DNA of 64,000 nt, from positions 62,791-126,790 of IMG/VR virus record IMGVR_UViG_3300016471_000988. One strand, written 5' to 3'. The DNA is from a virus. This document shows, in pieces, positions 10,114 to 18,997 of this stretch. Every line of letters begins with the position of its first letter. The stretch's first letter is position 1. The position numbers were made by a program, and so were the translations under genes. Below the pieces are notes generated by a model that was not told where the DNA came from, did no database searches, and worked only from the letters and a program-made list of their open reading frames with translations.

Positions 10114-10705
10114 TACTCTCATTATAACCGCTATTATCAAGGGCTCCAGCTGCTTCTTGTGTATAGACACGTACGCCTGACTCGTCTTCGTTTTGATTAA
10201 TAAGGCTGCTATAATTTCTTTCGCGATAATCTGCGATAAGCTGGTGATGCTTTTTTTCCTTTTTAATACGACTAATAAAAGCATGGAACGCTATCGTAGT
10301 GAAGTAACTGAAGGGGCTAAACCCGTGGTCAAGCTTAAACTTTTTATATTTTAAAGCCTGGTACATCTTAACCACAGCATCACCAATCATTTCATCGCGA
10401 TAACTATAGTTAATGAAATTTGGTGCAAATGATAAGCCATACGCGATGCGTCTTATCGAATCAGCCAAATACTCTGTCATTTTATCCGTCTTGTAGTACT
10501 GTCTTATTTCATCTTCAAACTGCTTACTATTTACATAATGCGGCTTTTCATGAGGCTTTAGCTTTCTACTGGCAGGTGCTTGATTTTCACCAGTCAGAGA
10601 CGCCACAATAGATGAAACTATCTTCTGTTCGTCAGGAAGCAGATTGTCTGCTTTAGACTTTTTCGAAGATTTTTTTTGTTTGGTAGGGGATGGTTTCTTG
10701 ATCAT
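10106..10705 (-). CDS. gp55: Late-transcription sigma factor (gp55)
   Basis: HYVNSKQF, IAYGLSFAPNFINYSYRDEMIGDA and PFSYFTTIAFHAFISRIKKEKK; matching TATAAATA boxes occur in the window. Confidence 0.93.
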   Translation of the reverse strand: MIKKPSPTKQKKSSKKSKADNLLPDEQKIVSSIVASLTGENQAPASRKLKPHEKPHYVNSKQFEDEIRQYYKTDKMTEYLADSIRRIAYGLSFAPNFINYSYRDEMIGDAVVKMYQALKYKKFKLDHGFSPFSYFTTIAFHAFISRIKKEKKHHQLIADYRERNYSSLINQNEDESGVRVYTQEAAGALDNSGYNESNA

Positions 10706-12134
10706 AAAGTGTTTGTCTTTTTAGTTGATGACGCTTTCCGTACGTAAATTGATCTGCAATGTCGATAATATATAACCTATCTTTCGTTTCATGTAGACGT
10801 AGCCCGCGGCCAATACTCTGTATAGTTCGTACCTTAGCTTTACCGCCACCGGCAAAAACAATAAAATGTAAGTTCTTAATATTAACACCGGTACTGAATA
10901 TTTTACTTATAGCTATACAAACTATATTATTATGTTTTTCCATTAGCTGCCTGACCTTATTGCGATCTTCGACTTCGACTTCACCTCTAATAAAAAATAT
11001 CTGCTTTCTATTACAACATGTTGTTAAGTAAGTATATAGCGCTTCTCCATGCTTAATGTAGTCAATTAAAATCAGTACATTGTTCGGTGCGTTGTTTGCC
11101 ACAGCGGCAATTGTTTTATTTCTAAATGTATTTTCAAAGAGAAACTCGAGTTCGGTTCTGTATTTTTCTGATGGGTTAAAACTTTCTTTTGGTTCAGGTG
11201 GTGAGACACTATAGTGCAGTTCTAATATATTAGCTGTGACATTGCTTATATAATTTTCCTTTCGTAATTGAAAACTGTTTTTCTCATATATAACAGGTCC
11301 AATCTTACCTATAATATTCCATTGATCTAATTTATCTTCTGGTAAAGTTCCAGTAAATCCAAAGCGCAACTGAGTTTTAATCTCTTTTAAGATATTATTT
11401 ACCTTATTTCCACGACGGACTTTATGAACTTCATCAACAATAACAAAATCAATATTCTCAAGCCAGGATAAATCTGAATTTTCAGATTGTAAGATTCCTA
11501 GATTTGCTATTACCACATTAGCTGCTCCAACATTATCGTTATCTAGAGGCTGCTTACCAGTCCATTTACGAGAAATAAAGGGCGAATTATATGAATTAAA
11601 GTCAGTAAAAGTTTGCTCTACTAACCCTAAATCCGGGACAATAAGTAAGCACTTAAAATTATTTTTCATGTGAAAGAAGTTTGAAAGCAGTGAAGCCATT
11701 ATTAAAGTCTTACCACCGGCTGTTGCCAGCACAACCGTACCGCGGCCTGCCTCTAGACATTTAGTCACTATTGCTTTTTGATAATCACGAAGCTTCAAAT
11801 TCAAATTGTCATACGCTTGACTTGTATAGTGAATGTTGGTGTGGAGAGTAGTAGGTGCAGGCAATATATAATTTAAAAAGTCTTTTGATGCTCTTATTTC
11901 ATCTTGATGGCAATAGTTATTTTGTAATAAAAATTTAGTAATCTCGAAAAACATGCACGGGTCTAATCGACCCCCTGGTGTAATAGCGTATGTACGAGCA
12001 GGGATAAACCGCCCACGCATACGCGCAAAACGGGCCCCTTCATTCTTAACAGAAAAATGTTCTCTTATATCATTAATATGATCGCCAGTTATAGTACCGT
12101 ATTTTTTACTTTTATCTAAATCAAAATATACCAT
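10653..12134 (-). CDS. uvsW: UvsW SF2 helicase
   Basis: LRDYQ, LATAGGKT, DEVH, GFTGT, FSTGVNI and QSIGRGLR; follows uvsY. Confidence 0.95.
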   Translation of the reverse strand: MVYFDLDKSKKYGTITGDHINDIREHFSVKNEGARFARMRGRFIPARTYAITPGGRLDPCMFFEITKFLLQNNYCHQDEIRASKDFLNYILPAPTTLHTNIHYTSQAYDNLNLKLRDYQKAIVTKCLEAGRGTVVLATAGGKTLIMASLLSNFFHMKNNFKCLLIVPDLGLVEQTFTDFNSYNSPFISRKWTGKQPLDNDNVGAANVVIANLGILQSENSDLSWLENIDFVIVDEVHKVRRGNKVNNILKEIKTQLRFGFTGTLPEDKLDQWNIIGKIGPVIYEKNSFQLRKENYISNVTANILELHYSVSPPEPKESFNPSEKYRTELEFLFENTFRNKTIAAVANNAPNNVLILIDYIKHGEALYTYLTTCCNRKQIFFIRGEVEVEDRNKVRQLMEKHNNIVCIAISKIFSTGVNIKNLHFIVFAGGGKAKVRTIQSIGRGLRLHETKDRLYIIDIADQFTYGKRHQLKRQTLYDQETIPYQTKKIFEKV

Positions 12135-12529
12135 TATGCTGTCTCCATTTTAATAAGTTCTATTAAATTCTTTACATCAAAACTAATACTGTGAATAGTC
12201 TTTTCTACTCGTTCTAAAAAATCAATAATACTTTTTTGACCAGCTATCTCCTCTTCTACTGCAATTACAGCGGGGTGCTTTTCCGCAGCACGCTCTAATG
12301 TTGGTAGATTAAGCTTAATAGGTGATTCGTTCTTAATTTGCTCAACAGCGGTCTTAATAATATCATTTTTCTTTTTATGTAGTTTGTTAAGGTTTGTCTT
12401 CTCTATCATCAACCGCGATACCCATTTAGCTTTTTTTGCAGGTAAGGTTAGTGCTGCGTCTTTTAAGTTTAATTCCTCAAGAGCAACATCCACTGATAAT
12501 TCCTGTACATATTTCTCTAGAACCGTCAT
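12134..12529 (-). CDS. uvsY: UvsY recombination mediator
   Basis: Size (131 aa), helical character and position directly before uvsW. Confidence 0.75.
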   Translation of the reverse strand: MTVLEKYVQELSVDVALEELNLKDAALTLPAKKAKWVSRLMIEKTNLNKLHKKKNDIIKTAVEQIKNESPIKLNLPTLERAAEKHPAVIAVEEEIAGQKSIIDFLERVEKTIHSISFDVKNLIELIKMETA

Positions 12530-12535
12530 AAATAC

Positions 12536-12563
12536 AGTATACTATAAGTACTTAAAAAATCAA
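12536..12563 (-). promoter_or_regulatory. sigma70-type promoter TTGATT-N16-TATACT, 6 nt before the uvsY ATG
   Basis: Read directly; same architecture as many other promoters in the window. Confidence 0.7.
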
Positions 12564-12566
12564 TAT

Positions 12567-12779
12567 ATGAAGTCGTTCAAACAATACGTTATAGAAATGA
12601 ATGTCGCGGGCGCAGGCGGTGTATTTGGCAGCGGAGCAAGCATGGGTCATGGTGGGTCATTCAATAATGCTGATTTTTATGCGCCTGGGGATACAAGAGT
12701 GCCTGTAGCTTTAGGAGCTAGGAAAGTCGGCAAAAAAAAGAAACCAGTTGTACAGAGAAGACCTTTAGTAAGTAATTGA
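12567..12779 (+). CDS. Small putative internal head protein (MKSFKQYVIE propeptide)
   Basis: ATG 12567 gives a T4 capsid-targeting-like N-terminus; Gly-rich core and basic C-terminus. Confidence 0.7.
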   Translation: MKSFKQYVIEMNVAGAGGVFGSGASMGHGGSFNNADFYAPGDTRVPVALGARKVGKKKKPVVQRRPLVSN

Positions 12780-13195
12780 TGGAATTAGGTCACTGGCGGC
12801 TATCACCCGGTGTAGTTATAACAGAAAATACGTTTGGGTTTATCTACGAAATCTGCAATACTGTTACAGGAAGAAAATACATAGGTAAAAAACAATGTCT
12901 TACTAAATTAAAGCGCAAGCCACTAAAAGGTAAAAAGAATAGACGTATAGAAATAATTGAAACGGATTGGCAAACATACACCGGGTCGTCAAAAGAGCTT
13001 AACGAGGATATAGTAAAATACGGTAAACAGGCCTTTAGTTTTACAATACTAAAAGCTTGTGGATCAAAATGGGAGCTAGGTTACAGAGAAATAAAGGAAC
13101 AAATAGAGCGAGATGTTATTCTTAGGGAAGACTACTATAACGGTATTTTAAATGTAAGAATAGGCACCCCGCCTAAGGATTTTAAGCTTGATTAA
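12779..13195 (+). CDS. GIY-YIG endonuclease (T4 EndoII/Seg-like)
   Basis: GFIYEICNTVTGRKYIGKKQ ... YTGSS ... E ... DYYNG. Confidence 0.85.
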   Translation: MELGHWRLSPGVVITENTFGFIYEICNTVTGRKYIGKKQCLTKLKRKPLKGKKNRRIEIIETDWQTYTGSSKELNEDIVKYGKQAFSFTILKACGSKWELGYREIKEQIERDVILREDYYNGILNVRIGTPPKDFKLD

Positions 13196-13221
13196 GTTAA
13201 AATTTAGTTTATAAAAGTAAG

Positions 13222-13755
13222 GTGAGGTATAGTAAAAAAGTCGACGAGGCAAATATTAGAATAATTGATCTTAAGCTTGCTGTGCTTGATGAAATCGAGC
13301 CGCTAGTCGACGAGGACCGTTATAAATTTAACCTTGCACAAAATTCTAGACTTTTAAAAAATTTTATCTTCTATAGACTTAGCGATTTTGTTTTAAAAAC
13401 CATGGAAAATTCAGTTGGTACTAAAGTTGTATTTTACATTACGCCGGACTTCAATCTAACCGTTTTACAGGAATATAGTAACTATACTAGAGCGGCGTTT
13501 GTGCAGATTGCTAGCGTATTAGCGCTAAATGTAATGATAGGTAAGACACATACATCACAGTTTCTTGCTACTTTAATCTCTCAGTCAGGTGAAGGCAAAG
13601 AGGCAAGAAATAGACTACATTTTACCTTGAATAGGACTAAAAATCCTCCTAATTTACCACGCTTTAACAAACTCTTGCGTAAATACAATATACATAAGCT
13701 TGAAGGGGATATAAATAATAATTATAAAGTAAAATTAGGTTTATTTGTAGCATAA
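13222..13755 (+). CDS. Hypothetical protein
   Basis: 177-aa ORF in a co-oriented run; no recognised motif. Confidence 0.6.
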   Translation: MRYSKKVDEANIRIIDLKLAVLDEIEPLVDEDRYKFNLAQNSRLLKNFIFYRLSDFVLKTMENSVGTKVVFYITPDFNLTVLQEYSNYTRAAFVQIASVLALNVMIGKTHTSQFLATLISQSGEGKEARNRLHFTLNRTKNPPNLPRFNKLLRKYNIHKLEGDINNNYKVKLGLFVA

Positions 13756-13758
13756 ATA
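13751..13758 (+). promoter_or_regulatory. gp55-type late promoter CATAAATA
   Basis: One mismatch to TATAAATA; 6 nt before ATG 13765. Confidence 0.7.
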
Positions 13759-13764
13759 TTGTAT

Positions 13765-14190
13765 ATGAAGTTCTTAGAAAAGCTTAAAGAACATTACCAG
13801 ACATTGGGGGTAGAAGTTCCTGATTGGCTTAATGAAGCTGAAGTGACGGGATCACCAATCGGCGGTGCTACACCTGGCAGTACACCTCAAGCGGGTCAGC
13901 AGCCTTCCGTTGTTGGTCAATTCATGAAAGCTGTTGAAGTTATGGGTGATGATCCTGATGTTCAAAAACTAAAAGCTACAGTAACACAAAAAGTAACGGA
14001 CGCAAAAAAAGTATTTACAGATACCGGTACAAAGGTCGTTGACACTATTGACAAGGCTATGCAAGGATTGAATAATATAGCTGGTTCTGCTGGTGCAGCT
14101 ACAGCAACAACAGCGAGTAATATTGCTGCAAATGCAGCTGCAGGAGCCGCAAATGCGGGTACAGCAGTAGGTCAAGTAGGCGTAAAATGA
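13765..14190 (+). CDS. Putative virion/internal protein, Ala/Gly/Thr-rich
   Basis: Late promoter; MKFLEKLKEHY...LNE propeptide-like start. Confidence 0.7.
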   Translation: MKFLEKLKEHYQTLGVEVPDWLNEAEVTGSPIGGATPGSTPQAGQQPSVVGQFMKAVEVMGDDPDVQKLKATVTQKVTDAKKVFTDTGTKVVDTIDKAMQGLNNIAGSAGAATATTASNIAANAAAGAANAGTAVGQVGVK

Positions 14191-14543
14191 AATTTTTAAA
14201 CCTTATTAATAACAAGTTCAAGGAATTGAATGAACAAGTACCAGGAGAAGTGCCTGGGCTAGGGCCAACAGATCCTATGGCTCCTGCTCCAGCACCGGTG
14301 CCGCCTCCCGCTGCAGGCCCGGCTCCTGAGGCAGGTCCAAAGCCTCTCTCACCTGAAGGTGAAGTATTTTTAGTAAGATTATTAAAAAAGGCTTTGTTTT
14401 TAAACCCTGGCGATATTGATGAAAAAATGTTGAAAGATTTGCCTGAAATTAATGAAACCAATGCATCTGAAGTACTTAATTCAATTGTTGAGATAATGAA
14501 GAAGTACTCTAATAGTATTGATGTAGATACTGAAAATAAATAA
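14187..14543 (+). CDS. Putative virion/internal protein with Pro-rich linker
   Basis: MKFLNLINNKFKELNE start; ATGA overlap with the upstream gene; PAPAPVPPP linker. Confidence 0.7.
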   Translation: MKFLNLINNKFKELNEQVPGEVPGLGPTDPMAPAPAPVPPPAAGPAPEAGPKPLSPEGEVFLVRLLKKALFLNPGDIDEKMLKDLPEINETNASEVLNSIVEIMKKYSNSIDVDTENK

Positions 14544-14546
14544 ATA
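14539..14546 (+). promoter_or_regulatory. Late promoter AATAAATA
   Basis: 4 nt before GTG 14551. Confidence 0.6.
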
Positions 14547-14550
14547 ACTT

Positions 14551-15777
14551 GTGGATTACAAGAGTTTAAAGGACATTTACACTGAAGCTGTAAATGGTAA
14601 GATGGTCCCTCCGCTACCGAGACAAGCTGTCCGCCTGCTTATTAAAGAGGAAGACGACTCTGTTAAGGTATATAAGCAAGAGCAAGATGACCCTGCAACG
14701 CTCGAAGGTGAAGTCGATAAAGAGTATTATAATGATGTAATATCGCCTGCAATAAACCGTGGCGGCGATTACAAACTATCAAAAATAGTTAAAGAGCGTC
14801 TCGTTGACGCACATTGTTATACAGATAAAAATTACAACATGTTAGTAGATTTTTTTCAGGCGCAAAACATAACAATAACTGAAGGATTATTTACAGATTG
14901 TCAGCGAATTTTTCTTAGTAAAATAAATGCAAATGAAAATAGCTTTCAATTTATGGATGTGTTGGCTGAAGCATTAAACGCAAACGGCCAAAGTATAGAT
15001 GGGAGGACGCTAGCGGGATATGATAAGGTTACTGAATTGTATGATATGCTTGCTACAGACAAGCCAGCAAGCGCTGATAGAAGTCAGAATGCAGGGCCAG
15101 GTGAAGTGTTTATTGCATTCTTTACGAAGGGCAAAAAACTATCATTTAAAGGTTCGGAAAAAACAGAAGAAGAAGCGAAGGGCGATATTGAGGTTGGAGG
15201 ATTAAGAATGGAGTTAAAAGGTGTGGATGGTAGATTAAAGGTTCCTAATTTATCCTACGATCTATCACCAGAAAAGGGCTTCAAAGACTTAATAAAAAAA
15301 GGACCTCTAGAACAAATAAGATACATAGCCCTCGGTAGTCACAGTAGCGCAGCACAAATTTTTAAACCTTTTGAAAAGGAGGTTATTAGCTTGGTCTCGG
15401 ATAGACCAACACTCGAAACGCGGCAAGACTGGACACTAGCGCGTGATATTGGTGGTTACATTACGTTTAAAATCTATGCAGAACAAAACCGATTAAACGC
15501 GTTTTTGATTGTTGATAAATACTCTGGCGGTGGGTTGGTATGTATACCGGTTAAATATAACCCAGGTAATACACTTACAGATATTAAAAACAATATAAAA
15601 GGAAGATTCTACCTACAACTTGACAGAAAAGGAGCTAAAGTTAAGATTGGAAAGAGACCTGAAACACCGTCACAGTCTACACCAGCTGTTGAGCCTGTGC
15701 CGCAGTCAGCGGTCATGTCGCCTCCGTTAGCTCCGACTACACAAGAGCAACCGGAGATAGACAATGCTAACCTATAA
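14551..15777 (+). CDS. Putative PD-(D/E)xK (restriction-endonuclease-fold) nuclease, late/virion
   Basis: GPGE ... GDIEVGGLRMELKG motif; MDYKSLKDIYTE propeptide-like start; Pro/Thr/Ser-rich tail. Confidence 0.6.
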   Translation: MDYKSLKDIYTEAVNGKMVPPLPRQAVRLLIKEEDDSVKVYKQEQDDPATLEGEVDKEYYNDVISPAINRGGDYKLSKIVKERLVDAHCYTDKNYNMLVDFFQAQNITITEGLFTDCQRIFLSKINANENSFQFMDVLAEALNANGQSIDGRTLAGYDKVTELYDMLATDKPASADRSQNAGPGEVFIAFFTKGKKLSFKGSEKTEEEAKGDIEVGGLRMELKGVDGRLKVPNLSYDLSPEKGFKDLIKKGPLEQIRYIALGSHSSAAQIFKPFEKEVISLVSDRPTLETRQDWTLARDIGGYITFKIYAEQNRLNAFLIVDKYSGGGLVCIPVKYNPGNTLTDIKNNIKGRFYLQLDRKGAKVKIGKRPETPSQSTPAVEPVPQSAVMSPPLAPTTQEQPEIDNANL

Positions 15778-16387
15778 ACTTTTTCTTGAGCAAAGCTCCA
15801 CTAGAATAATCGGTCTTTTTCCCGGTGCATTTAAGCCGCCGCATAAAGGACATTTTGCAACTGCGCTAAACGCGGCTAAAAATAATAATGATGTTTTTAT
15901 CCTAGTATCTTCAACAGACCGTGATGGCATCTCTTCAACTGATTCCCTGACAATTTGGAATATTTATAAAAAATATTTACCAAAAAATATTCGAATATAC
16001 TTAATACCAGGTTCACCAGTATTAGCTATCTATCAAACTGTAGATATATTGAACAATGGTAAATTTAGCGCTACACAAAAAGTGCCGCTACCTATGCCTG
16101 TAGCTGCGGAACTGGCAGAGGAAATCAAGCAAACTGGAAATAAGTTTAAAATTAATCTTTACACAGGCGGGGAGGATGCCGCCCGGTTTGATGCGTTTCA
16201 AAAAAACACACCAATTTATGCTGGAAAAGATGTTATTGAGATAAAGCAGCAAAACGTATCGCGCATAGCATCAGCAACGGACGCGCGTGCAGCTTTGAAA
16301 GAGAAGAATTATGATAAATTTAGACAAGTAATGCCAGATATAACTAAGGAAAATAAAATTGCTATATACAAAATGCTAGTAAAATGA
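15764..16387 (+). CDS. HIGH-superfamily nucleotidyltransferase (cytidyltransferase-like)
   Basis: FPGAFKPPHKGH (HxGH) and SATDAR (KMSKS-equivalent); MLTYKLFLEQ capsid-targeting-like start. Confidence 0.8.
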   Translation: MLTYKLFLEQSSTRIIGLFPGAFKPPHKGHFATALNAAKNNNDVFILVSSTDRDGISSTDSLTIWNIYKKYLPKNIRIYLIPGSPVLAIYQTVDILNNGKFSATQKVPLPMPVAAELAEEIKQTGNKFKINLYTGGEDAARFDAFQKNTPIYAGKDVIEIKQQNVSRIASATDARAALKEKNYDKFRQVMPDITKENKIAIYKMLVK

Positions 16388-17715
16388 ACACCTATAAGAA
16401 TTTTTTAGTCGTCGAAGCAGCTGCTCCTGCTGTAGATACTCATATCAAAACGCATTTGTCACATCTAGAAGACTTAGCTATAGAGCGTGGGCTAGATGGT
16501 TTTAATAATTTCTTAGAGCATATAAATGAAATGATTGAAAAGATTAGAGGGTTTGAGACTAATCAAGAAATAAATGCAAAGATTGATGGTAGTCCTATGA
16601 TTCTTTTTGGCTTAGATCCGAGAAAAGAATTTAAAAATAAATTTTTTCTTTCCCTAAAGGGCGGGCTAAGTAAAGCCAATCCTAAGATATTGCATACGGA
16701 AGCTGATATTGAAGCACTATATGGCACACATCCTATAAAATCTAAGCTTAAAAACATGTTAAAATTTCTACCCTCGGCATATGATAACTCTGGAAAAATA
16801 TACCAAGCGGACACATTATTTGCAGAGCCAACAGACAAGAAAAAAATTAAAATTGGAGAGGAAGAATTCATAGCATTTAAGCCAAATGTTATTGTTTACG
16901 CTGTGCCTGTTGATCCGACAAGCGAGATAAGTAAGCGAATAAGTGCCGCAGTAGTTGGTATAATTGTTCATGAATCATTTAAGGGTGTACAAGAGGGTGA
17001 AGGCATCAATTTGATATCGGCAGGTAGAAATGTAGCATCGCTTGTACAGAAAAGCAAGAGAACAAATGTGTTTATAGAAAGTAGCAATTACGGTCAAGTT
17101 GCGGTTAATATTCCTGATGGAGAGGTAAGAAAATTACAATCAGAAGTTGCAAAAGCTAAGATTGCTATCGGACGAGTAACCCCTGAGTTTAATAAAGAAT
17201 ATATCAGTAGTCCTGTTTTAGCTTTATTAAAAATATTTTTAAATAAACAGGTTGATTTAGGTGAAAAAGGTTTTTTTGGAATAGCTAAGCAAAATATAGA
17301 AGCCGGTGAGCAAGAGCTAGTTGTTAATTCGTTTATTGATAATTTTCGAAGATTTATTTCGGAGCGCTACGGAAAAGAAGGAGAGCTTAAAAAAACTCCT
17401 CAAGGTAAAGCAAACGTAGAGACAAGATTAAATCAAATACTGTCATTTTTAGAGCTAAGTAAAAAAAGCATAGCCGGTCTGATCGCAGCAACATTTCATA
17501 TGACGGCGTCAAAATACTATCTTTGGAATATTTTATCTAAATTTGAATCTAAACTTGGTAGGCAATTTTATCAAAATAAGGACGGGTCTTTTACCCCTGC
17601 AAGAGATGAAGGCTATGTTTTATTTGTCGGTACAAATCATGTAAAGATTGTAGATAGATTAGACTTTACAAAAATAAATAGGGCGGAGGGCGGAAGGCAG
17701 CGTACAACAATTTAA
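16384..17715 (+). CDS. DUF6267-like protein with RNA-ligase-type covalent nucleotidyltransferase motifs
   Basis: HLSHLEDL; motif I KIDG; motif IV DEGYV; motif V VKIVDR; MNTYKNFLVVE start; ATGA-coupled to the upstream gene. Confidence 0.7.
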   Translation: MNTYKNFLVVEAAAPAVDTHIKTHLSHLEDLAIERGLDGFNNFLEHINEMIEKIRGFETNQEINAKIDGSPMILFGLDPRKEFKNKFFLSLKGGLSKANPKILHTEADIEALYGTHPIKSKLKNMLKFLPSAYDNSGKIYQADTLFAEPTDKKKIKIGEEEFIAFKPNVIVYAVPVDPTSEISKRISAAVVGIIVHESFKGVQEGEGINLISAGRNVASLVQKSKRTNVFIESSNYGQVAVNIPDGEVRKLQSEVAKAKIAIGRVTPEFNKEYISSPVLALLKIFLNKQVDLGEKGFFGIAKQNIEAGEQELVVNSFIDNFRRFISERYGKEGELKKTPQGKANVETRLNQILSFLELSKKSIAGLIAATFHMTASKYYLWNILSKFESKLGRQFYQNKDGSFTPARDEGYVLFVGTNHVKIVDRLDFTKINRAEGGRQRTTI

Positions 17716-18249
17716 TTACTTGCTGTCTTCTTGAATAGTTTTAAGAGCCTCTAAATTAAAAATTACCTGACGAATAACCTGCTCGAGAACTTCTTTCTTT
17801 TCGCCATGTAGCATTTCTTTTACTCTCGAAACAATATTGTCTTGGTGTGCTCCTTCTAAGTCAGTTCCAAACTCACCTTCTTTCTTAAACTTGTCATATT
17901 CTAGATAATTTTTTACTCCTTCAAGATAGCTAGCCGCAACAGTAATTTTACTGAACACCCACGGCTCTAAATCTGAACAATCTTTAATAATATTGTAAAG
18001 CTCTTTTGATGCTTTATGAATCTTGTAGAGCTCACTCTTAGCCATAGAAGCTTCTGTTTCTGAATCCTCTGTATTAATGGGAGGTAAATGATCCTCCTGT
18101 TCTTCCTCTTTTTTTATAACTACCGCGGTAGGTGTACTTGGTGAAGGGGAAGCAGATCGACCAGCGCCAGGTCCAAAAGCAAGCATTTCGTTAACAATAC
18201 TTTCGCCGTATACTTCACCTAAATTTGCCAAGTCGCGTTTTCTATTCAT
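17716..18249 (-). CDS. Conserved T4-like late protein of unknown function
   Basis: EASMAKSELYKIH...LEPWVFSKITVAASYL domain; AATAAATA (18256-18263) is 6 nt before ATG 18249. Confidence 0.7.
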   Translation of the reverse strand: MNRKRDLANLGEVYGESIVNEMLAFGPGAGRSASPSPSTPTAVVIKKEEEQEDHLPPINTEDSETEASMAKSELYKIHKASKELYNIIKDCSDLEPWVFSKITVAASYLEGVKNYLEYDKFKKEGEFGTDLEGAHQDNIVSRVKEMLHGEKKEVLEQVIRQVIFNLEALKTIQEDSK

Positions 18250-18255
18250 TTTCAT

Positions 18256-18274
18256 TATTTATTCGTTATAAATA
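18256..18274. promoter_or_regulatory. Back-to-back late promoters: AATAAATA (-, 18256-18263) and TATAAATA (+, 18267-18274)
   Basis: Both boxes lie 4-6 nt from the ATGs of divergent genes. Confidence 0.7.
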
Positions 18275-18278
18275 TGTA

Positions 18279-18692
18279 ATGCGTAGATTTGGTAAGCTTT
18301 TTATTGAACAAATACTTGGATTGTTTGAAGGTATTACTATACAACATGTTGGAACTGTTAAGGCTAAAGTAGATACAGGTAATAGTGCACACAATGTTCT
18401 CCATGCAACAAATATTAAAACTAATAAAAAAGAAGTCGAATTTGATACAGTAAACAACAAACACCTAAAATTACCTGTATCTGAGATGATCTTAATACAT
18501 ATTGGTAGTGGCAATAAAGAAGAAAGACCTGTAGTAAAGCTCGATTGCAGTATAGGTACAGAGCAATTTAACGGTGTACCGTTTAGTCTGGGCGATAGAA
18601 CGGAAAATGATACCCCTGTATTATTAGGGGAAGAATTTATTCGAAAAAATGGTGGTGTTGTTAATTTGAATATAAACCGGCAAACCCAATAG
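18279..18692 (+). CDS. Retropepsin-like (RimK-associated 'ATP-dependent Zn protease' family) aspartic protease
   Basis: AKVDTGN catalytic motif; ERPVV; SLGDRTENDTPVLLG. ATG 18279 is 4 nt after TATAAATA. Confidence 0.8.
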   Translation: MRRFGKLFIEQILGLFEGITIQHVGTVKAKVDTGNSAHNVLHATNIKTNKKEVEFDTVNNKHLKLPVSEMILIHIGSGNKEERPVVKLDCSIGTEQFNGVPFSLGDRTENDTPVLLGEEFIRKNGGVVNLNINRQTQ

Positions 18693-18985
18693 ATTTTAAA
18701 ATATAGTTTAAATTATAGGCATGGACTGCCTTGACAACACACGCTGTAGGAGCATAGATAAAATCAGTATCTACTCGTAACCCTACTTCCTCACCGGGGG
18801 TGAGAATGTCATCTACATAATCCATACCACCTCTGCTTTTTAGAAAATTATAAAAAGGATCTTTGGGTTCACCTTCAACTATTACATTATAGTGGCAATA
18901 CTCGTGCGCGTAAAGTGTGAGATCTCTAAAACAGGATATACTACTAGGCGGATTTATTAAGTCCCCGCGTATAATTAAATTACAC
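18661..18985 (-). pseudogene. Untracked ~107-codon ORF lacking an in-frame start (GTG is 1 nt out of frame)
   Basis: Frame is open 18984..18661 (NLIIRGDLINPPSSISCFRDLTLYAHEYCHYNV...). The upstream sequence reads ctaaataattaGTGtAATTTA. Confidence 0.5.
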
Positions 18986-18997
18986 TAATTATTTAGT

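Noticed and set aside
10114-10284. N-terminal extension of gp47 in the ORF track
   Set aside because: It lies inside gp55 in another frame; the nuclease motifs begin right after ATG 10113.
12384-12566. Long 5' part of ORF 12384..12779
   Set aside because: It is antisense to uvsY; ATG 12567 gives a coherent propeptide start.
15764-16387. NAD-reconstitution (NARP-type) pathway
   Set aside because: No PRPP-synthetase-like, Nampt-like or Nudix partner was recognised in the window; a HIGH motif alone is not enough.
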